Source of the DNA: Candidatus Goldiibacteriota bacterium | Lineage (GTDB): Bacteria > Oederibacteriota > PGYV01 > DYJU01 | Assembly: GCA_938034975.1 (NCBI GenBank) | Contig: CALHNI010000007.1 | Span: forward strand, 5,036-69,035 | Direction: 5' to 3' | DNA length: 64,000 bases | Part shown: one piece after another, positions 19,208-26,722 of the stretch | Layout of the letters: each line of letters opens with the position of its first letter | Numbering within the stretch: the first letter of the stretch is position 1 | Position numbers and translations under genes: made by a program | Notes under the pieces: generated by a model | Seen by the model: only the letters and a program-made list of their open reading frames with translations | The model's database searches: none | What the model was told of the DNA's origin: nothing

Positions 19208-19230
19208 TTAAAATAAAAACAAAATCACTT

Positions 19231-19427
19231 CATGGAAATTGCATTATTAGTGCGATTTTCACAGGAGAAAAAATACAAAATAATATATTAGTTAAAAAAA
19301 GTAAAAAATTTATAACAACAATTGAGTTTTATTTTAAAAAAACGGCTAAATAAAAATAATGCAATATAAGAATAATAAAAAAATTTTGTTTTTCCATAAA
19401 AACGCGTGTTCTAACTAGTTTTTACCG
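19231..19427 (+). repeat. Two-hairpin intergenic repeat, near-full copy (G)
   Basis: Hairpin-1 is GGAAATTGCA..TGCGATTTTC followed by AGGAGAAAAAA. Hairpin-2 is CCATAAAAACGCGTGTTCTAACTAGTTTTTACCG at 19394-19427. Confidence 0.8.
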
Positions 19428-19441
19428 TCACTTTAAAAAAT

Positions 19442-19470
19442 TTGACAAATAAAAAATTAAGTGATAAGAT
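19442..19470 (+). promoter_or_regulatory. Sigma70-like promoter of the 19507-23703 operon
   Basis: TTGACA - 17 nt - TAAGAT with an extended -10 TG, 14 nt downstream of hairpin-2. Confidence 0.55.
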
Positions 19471-19506
19471 TTTTATAATAATAAATATATTTTCAAAGGA
19501 GGAAAT

Positions 19507-19905
19507 ATGGGTTTTAAGCAATTAATTGCCATATTCCTTATATTATTACTTTTTGCAACCTATATAGTGGGTGGTGCTGAAAAAATAAGTATTTTTATTG
19601 AAAAATACTCAGAAGAAAAATATCAGGAACCATTAATAGAAAAAATAGCATATTATAATATAAATTATGTTTATTTTATGGCAAAATATAAAAGAACTCT
19701 GGAATTAATTGACAAATTTATTAATAAATATAACCGTTCCCAATATGTTGAAAGGATATTATTTTTAAAAGCAAAAACCTATGATAAAATGTTACAAACG
19801 AGAACTGCCATAGAAGAATATAAAAAATATATAGATGATTATCCTGAAGGTAAATATAAAAACGCAGCAGAAAGAAGATGCAGAGAACTATTAGATTTTT
19901 ATTAA
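19507..19905 (+). CDS. Membrane-anchored TPR-like (YbgF/BamD-type) small protein
   Basis: N-terminal TM/signal segment. The C-terminal region (KAKTYDKMLQTRTAIEEYKKYIDDYPEGKYKNAAERR) resembles YbgF/BamD TPR_6 repeats. GGAGG RBS. Confidence 0.6.
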   Translation: MGFKQLIAIFLILLLFATYIVGGAEKISIFIEKYSEEKYQEPLIEKIAYYNINYVYFMAKYKRTLELIDKFINKYNRSQYVERILFLKAKTYDKMLQTRTAIEEYKKYIDDYPEGKYKNAAERRCRELLDFY

Positions 19906-19917
19906 GAAAGGAAAAAA

Positions 19918-21078
19918 ATGGTAAAAAACAAAATAATTCTTTTGTTTTTGATTTTATTTTTTAATTTTATCTTTGGTGAGGAAACAGATCTGATAGATAC
20001 AGGACTGGCAACTGACGCCAACAAGCCAGTTTCAAATGAAATTGTGTCAACTAAAAGTGAAGTAATTCAAACACAGGAACAAATTCCAACCCAAACCCAG
20101 GTTGGTCAAAGATCAGAGGCAACACCAGCTTCAACTTATGATGAAAAAGTAGAGTTAGATACTGAATCCAAAGATACAGAAGGCATAGTTATATTATCAC
20201 CAGGTGAAGTTGAGCCGGAAATACTTGAAAAATATATAAAATATGAAAAACCGGCAAAAGAAAAAGTTGATGTTGAAGAAGAAACTAAAATATTAAAAAA
20301 AGAAACTGAAATGGGAGAAGCAGAACAGGAAATAACATTTGAATATAAGGAAGCAGAGGCTGAGGTTGTTTTAATAGAAGGAAAACCAAAAGAAAAAATT
20401 GAAAAGGCAGGATTTTTGCTTGTTGAAAAAGCAGGTTTTATAAGTCAGAATTTTGTTGAAGATGGAATAATTTTTAATGTATTTGAAAATATTTCTTTGT
20501 TGCCAGGAAAGTTTGTAAATGTAAATATTACTGTGGGGAAACCAATAAAAAAAGGTGATAGGTTAATAGTATATGATGACAGTGAAGAAGTTTTTAACCC
20601 CGTAACCGATGAATATGTCGGTAAAATGATAAATATATTAGGTGTTATTAAGATAACTAAAAAAGTAAAAGACAATACTTATAATGCAAAAATTATAAAA
20701 AGTTATGGGTTAATAAAAGATGGCAATAAAGTAAAATTAAGAAAAGAAATTTCTGATTATCATAGTAAAATTACAAGAAAAGAAACAAAAAAATTAACAG
20801 AAGTTGAAGGATTTATAATTAAAGCAAAAAATAAAAATAAAGATTCTATTTTACATAAGAAAGATATTATTTATATTGATAAAGGATTGGAAAAAGGCAT
20901 ATTTCCTGGTATAAAAATGAATATTATAAGAGATGATAAAAAAAGAAGTGAAAATGAAGGGATAAATATTATAGGACAGATAGTTGTTATAAATTCAATG
21001 AAAAATAATTCAACTGCGGTTATTATTTCGCAAAAAGACACAGTAAAAATCGGAGATATAGTAAGAACGATAAAATAA
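19918..21078 (+). CDS. Secreted protein with an acidic low-complexity N-region and two beta-rich repeats
   Basis: Signal peptide, an E/T/Q-rich stretch, then two similar segments ending in KKGDRLIVY and VKIGDIVRTIK. No confident family assignment. Confidence 0.6.
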   Translation: MVKNKIILLFLILFFNFIFGEETDLIDTGLATDANKPVSNEIVSTKSEVIQTQEQIPTQTQVGQRSEATPASTYDEKVELDTESKDTEGIVILSPGEVEPEILEKYIKYEKPAKEKVDVEEETKILKKETEMGEAEQEITFEYKEAEAEVVLIEGKPKEKIEKAGFLLVEKAGFISQNFVEDGIIFNVFENISLLPGKFVNVNITVGKPIKKGDRLIVYDDSEEVFNPVTDEYVGKMINILGVIKITKKVKDNTYNAKIIKSYGLIKDGNKVKLRKEISDYHSKITRKETKKLTEVEGFIIKAKNKNKDSILHKKDIIYIDKGLEKGIFPGIKMNIIRDDKKRSENEGINIIGQIVVINSMKNNSTAVIISQKDTVKIGDIVRTIK

Positions 21079-21083
21079 TAAAG

Positions 21084-21908
21084 ATGTTTATAATGGATGA
21101 AGAAAAAGCATTTCTTGATTTAAAAGAAAAAATATTACGCGACAGGGGTTTGGACGTAAATCAATATAAGGAAAATTATTTAAAAAGAAGAATAGCAGTA
21201 AGAATGAGAGCATTACAGCTTAATAGTTATTCAGAATATATAGAAGTTTTAACAAAAGATAAAAAAGAATATATATCATTATTTGATAAACTCACAATAA
21301 ATGTAACCCAATTTTTCAGAGATCCGGAAGTGTTCGTTGCTTTTGAAAACGAAATCTTGCCTGATATTTTAACTAAGAATGAAAAAAAGGAAATAAGAGT
21401 ATGGAGCGCGGGATGTTCTTCCGGCGAAGAACCATATTCAATTGCAATGTCAATTGAAGAAGCGAAAGAGAAAATAGGTTTAAAAGATTTAAAATATGAA
21501 ATATATGGAACAGATATAGATGATGATGCTTTGTCAAGTGCTATTAAAGGAAAGTACAATATAAAAACAATGGAAAATATTGCAACTTTAAGAAGAAATA
21601 AATATTTTGAAAAAATAAATGATACGACATATTTAATTTCTGAAAAAATAAAAAAAAACATTAAATTTATAAAAGCCAATCTTATGGAGCCATTTAAAAT
21701 TAATTTTTTTGATATTGTATTTTGCAGGAATGTTATTATATACTTTATTAAAGATTTACAAAAAAAAGTACTACAATATTTTTATGACAGTTTAAAAGAT
21801 GAAGGTATCTTGATTCTTGGAAAAACAGAGACTATGCTGTTAAGTTTCAGAGATAAATTCAAGTGTATAAATTTAAGGGAAAGAATTTTTAAGAAGGAGA
21901 AAGATTAA
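21084..21908 (+). CDS. cheR: CheR-type protein-glutamate O-methyltransferase
   Basis: TQFFRDPEVF and RVWSAGCSSGEEPYSIAM SAM-binding motifs, and FCRNVIIYF. Confidence 0.9.
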   Translation: MFIMDEEKAFLDLKEKILRDRGLDVNQYKENYLKRRIAVRMRALQLNSYSEYIEVLTKDKKEYISLFDKLTINVTQFFRDPEVFVAFENEILPDILTKNEKKEIRVWSAGCSSGEEPYSIAMSIEEAKEKIGLKDLKYEIYGTDIDDDALSSAIKGKYNIKTMENIATLRRNKYFEKINDTTYLISEKIKKNIKFIKANLMEPFKINFFDIVFCRNVIIYFIKDLQKKVLQYFYDSLKDEGILILGKTETMLLSFRDKFKCINLRERIFKKEKD

Positions 21909-21911
21909 TTT

Positions 21912-23090
21912 ATGGAGACAGTTCAGGATTATATAAATTTAGGCCTTGCTTTTATGTTAAGCAAAAGATATGAGCAGGCAATAAAAGAATTTGAAAAGGC
22001 GCTTTCAATAAACCCCGATGATGCAGAGGTGCATTTTAATCTTGCCAATGCATATATGTCAAAAGGTGATTATGAAAAGGCGATCAGTGAATATGAAAAA
22101 ACAATAAAATTAAATCCTGTTAATATAAATGCAATTACAAAACTCGGTAAACTTTATTATAATATTGGCAAATTTGAAAAAGCACGGGAAGAATATAAAA
22201 AAGCACTTGAAATAAAGCCGGATGATTTGCTTATAAGACATTATTCCGGTGACCTTTTCTTTAAGGTTGGTGATTATGAAAAAGCAAAGGATGAATATTC
22301 ATTTATTTTAGGAAAAGATCCAAATTGTTATGAGGCAAGATTTAAGCTTGCCTATATCCATGAAATGCAAAAAAAATATGAAGACGCAATAAAAGAATAT
22401 GAAAAAATTATAAATCATACACCGGAAAATGCAGGATTAAATGCAATTTTAGGAAATATTTACAGGAATCTTAAAAATTATAACAAAGCAATAGAGTGCT
22501 ATGATAGAGCGATGAAGATAAATTCAAAAGAATCAGGTGTTGCTTATAATCTTGGAGTTTTATACTTTGAACAGGGTAATTATCAAAAAGCAATAGAGTG
22601 TCTGGAAAAAGCAAAGCAGGATAAATTCAAAAATACAGACGTATATATATTATGCGGTGAAGCATATTCTAAATTAGGAAAGAAAAAAGAAGCAATTGCA
22701 GAATATAAAAAAGCAGTTGAGTTAGGCGTTGCTGATGCTGAAACGCATAAGGCATTAGGGTTTGTTTATGCTGAGGAAGGACAACTTGATGAAGCAATAG
22801 AAGAATATAAAAAAGCATTAGAGCATAAGAAAGATGATTTAAGCATAATTGAAAATTTAGGACATATATACTATAAAAAAATAAAATACAAAGAAGCAAA
22901 AGATTATTTTTTGCAGTGTGTAGAAAAAGGCAAAGCAAACGCAGATATTTACTATAAACTCGGCAATATAGCAATGAAAGAAAATAATGCAGAAAAAGCA
23001 AAAGAATACTGGAAAAAGGCACTTGAAATAAATCCGGATAATGAAATAATAAAGAAAAATTTGAAATTATTAACCGGCGAAAATTTATAA
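21912..23090 (+). CDS. Tetratricopeptide repeat protein (about 11 TPR units)
   Basis: The 34-aa A..Y.KA...P pattern repeats throughout the protein. Confidence 0.85.
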   Translation: METVQDYINLGLAFMLSKRYEQAIKEFEKALSINPDDAEVHFNLANAYMSKGDYEKAISEYEKTIKLNPVNINAITKLGKLYYNIGKFEKAREEYKKALEIKPDDLLIRHYSGDLFFKVGDYEKAKDEYSFILGKDPNCYEARFKLAYIHEMQKKYEDAIKEYEKIINHTPENAGLNAILGNIYRNLKNYNKAIECYDRAMKINSKESGVAYNLGVLYFEQGNYQKAIECLEKAKQDKFKNTDVYILCGEAYSKLGKKKEAIAEYKKAVELGVADAETHKALGFVYAEEGQLDEAIEEYKKALEHKKDDLSIIENLGHIYYKKIKYKEAKDYFLQCVEKGKANADIYYKLGNIAMKENNAEKAKEYWKKALEINPDNEIIKKNLKLLTGENL

Positions 23091-23094
23091 AATT

Positions 23095-23703
23095 ATGGAA
23101 CTTTTTAAAAAGCAGGAAAAAAGTTTGGGAGAACTTTTAATAGAATCAAAAATAATAACTAAAGAACAACTGGAAAAAGCACTCTTAGAACAAAAACAAA
23201 CCAAAACGCCGTTAGGTAAAATCATAGTAAAAATGGGATTTGCAAAAGAAGCAGATATAATAAATGCACTTCAGGGATTGCTCGTTATTATTTTTGAACT
23301 TAATAATGAATTTTTTGCTATTGAAGTTATATTTGTAAAAGAAATTCTAACAATAAAAAAAATAACACAACTTCCTGCTGTGTCTGATTATGTTCTTGGT
23401 ATAGTTAGTTTGCGTGAAGAAATAATACCGGTTATCAGTTTAAATAATAAGATTTTTGGTAAAAAAGATATAATTTCAGAAGAAAACAAAATTATTGTTG
23501 TTGATGCTAAAGGGGAAAATGCAGGCATACTTGTTGACAGGGTTATTTCAGTTAAAAATTATCAGACAACAGATTTTGCCGATATAAATAAATATACTTT
23601 TGAACATGATAAAAAATTTATATCCGGCCTTATAAAAGACGGAGAAAAAGTAATAACCCTTATTAAACCTGAAACACTTTTGGGGGTTGAAAAGAAAAAT
23701 TAA
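23095..23703 (+). CDS. cheW: CheW-like coupling protein with N-terminal T2SSE_N/MshEN-like domain
   Basis: Residues 1-60 (SLGELLIESKIITKEQLEKALLEQ...PLGKIIVKMGFAKEADIINALQ) resemble GspE-N/MshEN. Residues 62-200 form a CheW domain (FFAIEV..VKEIL...LGIVSLREEIIPVISL). Confidence 0.8.
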   Translation: MELFKKQEKSLGELLIESKIITKEQLEKALLEQKQTKTPLGKIIVKMGFAKEADIINALQGLLVIIFELNNEFFAIEVIFVKEILTIKKITQLPAVSDYVLGIVSLREEIIPVISLNNKIFGKKDIISEENKIIVVDAKGENAGILVDRVISVKNYQTTDFADINKYTFEHDKKFISGLIKDGEKVITLIKPETLLGVEKKN

Positions 23704-24200
23704 ATTATTACGATTTCGCAAATAATTTTATCAGGAGAAAAATTTATTATACCGATAGTGTTGGATGATATACCACAAGTTGCACTGCCAGGATTGAAAA
23801 ATTTTACACCAAGGTATTCTTCATATGTTGCGCAATGGGTATGTCCGAATATTATGATATCTGGTTTTTGTGTGATAAATTTTTTATACATTCTTTGTTT
23901 TAAATCAAAAGGAGCGCCATTGCCATGAGTCACGCATAAAATAAATTTATTGTTTATTTTTAATATCAATTCGTCAGGATAATTTATATCAGATGGATCC
24001 ATATTACCTTTTACAGCATAGGTTTTTGAAATTTTGCTTAGAAATTTTATCACATTTTCATTTACAATATCTCCGCAATGAATAATAAAATCAGTATCCT
24101 TAAAATTATAAAAAATTTTTTCAGACATATTTTTTTTACGGGTTGGTATATGGGTATCGGAAATAACCCCTGCTTTTTTTACATTATTCAGTTTTATCAT
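23700..24200 (-). CDS. MJ0936/YfcE-family metallophosphoesterase
   Basis: GVISDTH, HCGD, GNMD and GHTH motifs. The start at internal Met (24200) is preferred; the track ORF extends to 24236. Confidence 0.8.
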   Translation of the reverse strand: MIKLNNVKKAGVISDTHIPTRKKNMSEKIFYNFKDTDFIIHCGDIVNENVIKFLSKISKTYAVKGNMDPSDINYPDELILKINNKFILCVTHGNGAPFDLKQRMYKKFITQKPDIIIFGHTHCATYEEYLGVKFFNPGSATCGISSNTIGIINFSPDKIICEIVII

Positions 24201-24582
24201 CTTGTTTTTTTTGAAGTTCTTCAAGTAATTTTGCAAGATCCGAAGTGCTTAGTCTGTCAAGTGCTTTTGTTAAGCGGTCCATTTTTGTTGGTTGGTGAGT
24301 AGGGGGAGCGCCAACTTTGTCAAGTCCTGCAGCTTTTACATATTTTGCCTGCAATTCTCCAAGAACTCTGAATAAAAGTTTTGCTTCGCCAGGTGTTAAT
24401 TTCCCAACAGTTTTATCTTTTATTGATTTAAGCATATTGATTGTCTGGCGAGCCAAAGGTAAATTCTGTATTTTTTTTCCGCTTACAAATCTTGGTATTT
24501 CTCCTAGTGATATGAGTGCATTCTGGTTCAACATAAGTATTAAATTTATAAAATCAAGATTATCTTCTTTTTTTTCTTCCAT
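24184..24582 (-). CDS. DUF1844-family protein
   Basis: The DFINLILMLNQNALISLGEIP segment is typical of DUF1844. Confidence 0.6.
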   Translation of the reverse strand: MEEKKEDNLDFINLILMLNQNALISLGEIPRFVSGKKIQNLPLARQTINMLKSIKDKTVGKLTPGEAKLLFRVLGELQAKYVKAAGLDKVGAPPTHQPTKMDRLTKALDRLSTSDLAKLLEELQKKQDDKTE

Positions 24583-24664
24583 AAACTATATCCCATATTG
24601 ATTTTTTTATTTTATTATATTGTATTATAAAAAGTAAATCAATTGAAAAATGAAAAATTTTGAT

Positions 24665-24862
24665 CTGAAAATTGTATTATTAGAAGATTACGATATTCAG
24701 GAGAAAAAAAATAAAATATTTAAAACAACGCTTGTTTTTTATTTTAAATAAAAAAACGGGTGAATAAAAGAAATGCATTATAAAAATAAAAATTTATTAA
24801 ATAAAAATGATAAAAAAATTTTGTTTTTCCGTAAAAACGCGTTTTCTAACGCATTTTTACGG
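24665..24862 (+). repeat. Two-hairpin intergenic repeat, full copy (A)
   Basis: Hairpin-1 is CTGAAAATTGTA..TACGATATTCAG followed by GAGAAAAAAAA. Hairpin-2 is CCGTAAAAACGCGTTTTCTAACGCATTTTTACGG at 24829-24862. The reverse complement aligns almost base-for-base with 36638-36845. Confidence 0.9.
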
Positions 24863-24875
24863 AATATATTTAATA

Positions 24876-24903
24876 TTGACAATTAATGGTTTAATTTTAA
24901 AAT
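24876..24903 (+). promoter_or_regulatory. Sigma70-like promoter of sufC
   Basis: TTGACA - 16 nt - TAAAAT, 13 nt downstream of hairpin-2. Confidence 0.55.
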
Positions 24904-24935
24904 GATTTAAAAAGTAAAAAAGGTAAAAAAAAAAG

Positions 24936-25676
24936 ATGAGTATACTTGAATTAAAAAATTTAACACTTGTAAAAGATGGAAAGATATTGCTTTCAAACAT
25001 AAATATAGAAATTTGGGCAGGATATGTTCATGCTATAGTCGGACCAAATGGTGCAGGAAAATCAACTCTTGCAAATACAATAATGGGACTTCATGGTTAC
25101 AGAAATTTTGTCGGAGATATTTTATTTGAAGGTAAATCAATAAAAAACTTATCAATTGATGAAAGAGCACGGCTTGGTATTACCATGGTTTTTCAGGAAC
25201 CAGCCAGGTTTGAAGGTTTAGCAGTTGACGATTTTATACTGGCTGGTGTAAAAGAAAAAAAAGAAAATTTAATTGATGAGGCGCTTTTAAAGGTTGGTCT
25301 TGACCCTTTAAAATATCGGAAAAGGGCTGTTGACAAAACATTGTCTGGTGGTGAAAGAAAACGAATTGAGATTGCTTCAATTTATGCGATGAAACCAAAA
25401 CTTGTTTTTTTAGATGAACCGGATAGTGGGGTTGATATTGATTCTGTAAAATTCATTTTTGAGATAATAAAAGATTTTAAAAAACAGGGAACAACTGTTA
25501 TTTTAGTAACACATAGCCCTGAAGTTTTAAAACAGAGCGATCATGCTTTTTTAATATGTGCCGGGAAACTTATCTGTAAAGGAGAAGTAGACAAAATGTT
25601 TGATTATTTTACAGGGAAATGTGCTCCGTGTAATCATGTGGGCAATCCGGAAATAGAAGACGGAAAAACAATATGA
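24936..25676 (+). CDS. sufC: Fe-S cluster assembly ATPase SufC
   Basis: Walker A GPNGAGKSTL, signature LSGGERKR and Walker B FLDEPDSG. Confidence 0.9.
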   Translation: MSILELKNLTLVKDGKILLSNINIEIWAGYVHAIVGPNGAGKSTLANTIMGLHGYRNFVGDILFEGKSIKNLSIDERARLGITMVFQEPARFEGLAVDDFILAGVKEKKENLIDEALLKVGLDPLKYRKRAVDKTLSGGERKRIEIASIYAMKPKLVFLDEPDSGVDIDSVKFIFEIIKDFKKQGTTVILVTHSPEVLKQSDHAFLICAGKLICKGEVDKMFDYFTGKCAPCNHVGNPEIEDGKTI

Positions 25677-26593
25677 GCGAAAACAAAATTTTACAGGAAC
25701 TCCTTTTTTATTCAGGATTACATAAAACTTCACCTGATATTGCTCATGTAGAAATACATGGAAATAAAGTTTTAGGTGCAAATTTAGTTGAAGGTTTGAT
25801 AGTTAAATCAGAAAGTTTTTCTGAGGGAGTAAATATAAAAATAGAAGTTGTAAAAGAAATTAAAAATCCGGTAAGGTTTTGTTTCGGGTTGATACCTGAA
25901 AATGGCATACAAAAAATAAACATAGATACAGTTATAAAAGAAAACGCATCTGCTGAATTTTTTGCAACATGCACTTTCCCGAATGCAAAAAATATTCAGC
26001 ATATTATGAACGCAAATATAATAATTGAAAAAAACGCTTCTCTCAAATATTTTGAACGCCATATTCACGGTCCGGAAGGTGGAGTGCTTATTGTTCCGGT
26101 AACAGAAGTTTTTGTAAAGGAAAATGCAAGGTATTCAACTGAATTTGAATTAATAAAGGGTGCCGCGGGTGTTATAAAACTTGATTATAAAGCCAAAGTT
26201 GAAAGGCATGGGATTGTTGATATGAAAGCAAGAATTTTTGGAAGATTAAAAGATAAAATATATATAAAAGAATCAGCACACTTAAAAGGAGAAAATTCTG
26301 TTGGTGTTTTAACAAGTCACATAGCATTAAAAGATGAAGCCAACGCTATAGTTGAAAATGAAATAATAGCAGATGCTGCTTTTGCGAGGGGGCATGTTGA
26401 TTGCAAAGAAATTGTTCAGGGAAAAGCTGTTGCAAGAGCAGTGCCGATTGTGCAGGTAAATAACCCCAAAGCACATGTGACACATGAGGCTGCAATCGGT
26501 TCTGTTGATTCAAAACAACTGGAAACATTGCTTTCGCGTGGTCTTTCAGAAGATGAAGCAGTTGATTTGATAATAAATGGTCTTTTAAAATAA
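25673..26593 (+). CDS. sufB: SufB/SufD-family Fe-S assembly protein (short form)
   Basis: C-terminal HVTHEAAIGSVDSKQLETLLSRGLSEDEAVDLIINGLL is typical of UPF0051 SufBD. 4-nt overlap with sufC. Confidence 0.8.
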   Translation: MSENKILQELLFYSGLHKTSPDIAHVEIHGNKVLGANLVEGLIVKSESFSEGVNIKIEVVKEIKNPVRFCFGLIPENGIQKINIDTVIKENASAEFFATCTFPNAKNIQHIMNANIIIEKNASLKYFERHIHGPEGGVLIVPVTEVFVKENARYSTEFELIKGAAGVIKLDYKAKVERHGIVDMKARIFGRLKDKIYIKESAHLKGENSVGVLTSHIALKDEANAIVENEIIADAAFARGHVDCKEIVQGKAVARAVPIVQVNNPKAHVTHEAAIGSVDSKQLETLLSRGLSEDEAVDLIINGLLK

Positions 26594-26660
26594 TTTTCAT
26601 TTTAAAAAATTTATTAAGTATAGATTGTAATTATTGGTTTTTTCATTATTTCGTTTTAAT

Positions 26661-26689
26661 TTGACTAAAATATTTATATATGCTATATT
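26661..26689 (+). promoter_or_regulatory. Sigma70-like promoter of the TCA gene block
   Basis: TTGACT - 17 nt - TATATT, about 30 nt upstream of the AGGAGG RBS. Confidence 0.5.
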
Positions 26690-26722
26690 TTTTACAAAAT
26701 ATTTTGAAAAAAGGAGGATATT

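Noticed and set aside
19093-19353. 86-codon ORF in the track (MTKKRLYYIYVAKFKQKKSPGAGIPNLTLPNTPLRPPPVKIK...)
   Set aside because: It starts with the TTG of a TTGACA promoter box and has no SD. It runs straight through the GC-rich hairpin (which yields the odd Pro/Gly stretch) and then into repeat copy G. It is most likely non-coding.
24829-24862. Hairpin-2 copies as a CRISPR array or as integron attC sites
   Set aside because: - The copies are kilobases apart in separate intergenic regions and in both orientations, with no regular spacers and no cas genes.
- The GTTAGAA/TTCTAAC core lies in the loop rather than at the ends of the palindrome as attC R'/R'' boxes do.
- No integrase is present.
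24665-24862. Classical MITE or IS element
   Set aside because: The two ends are independent hairpins, not terminal inverted repeats of each other. No flanking direct target duplications were evident by eye. No transposase ORF exists in the window. The MITE-like possibility is kept only as a hypothesis within the repeat finding.
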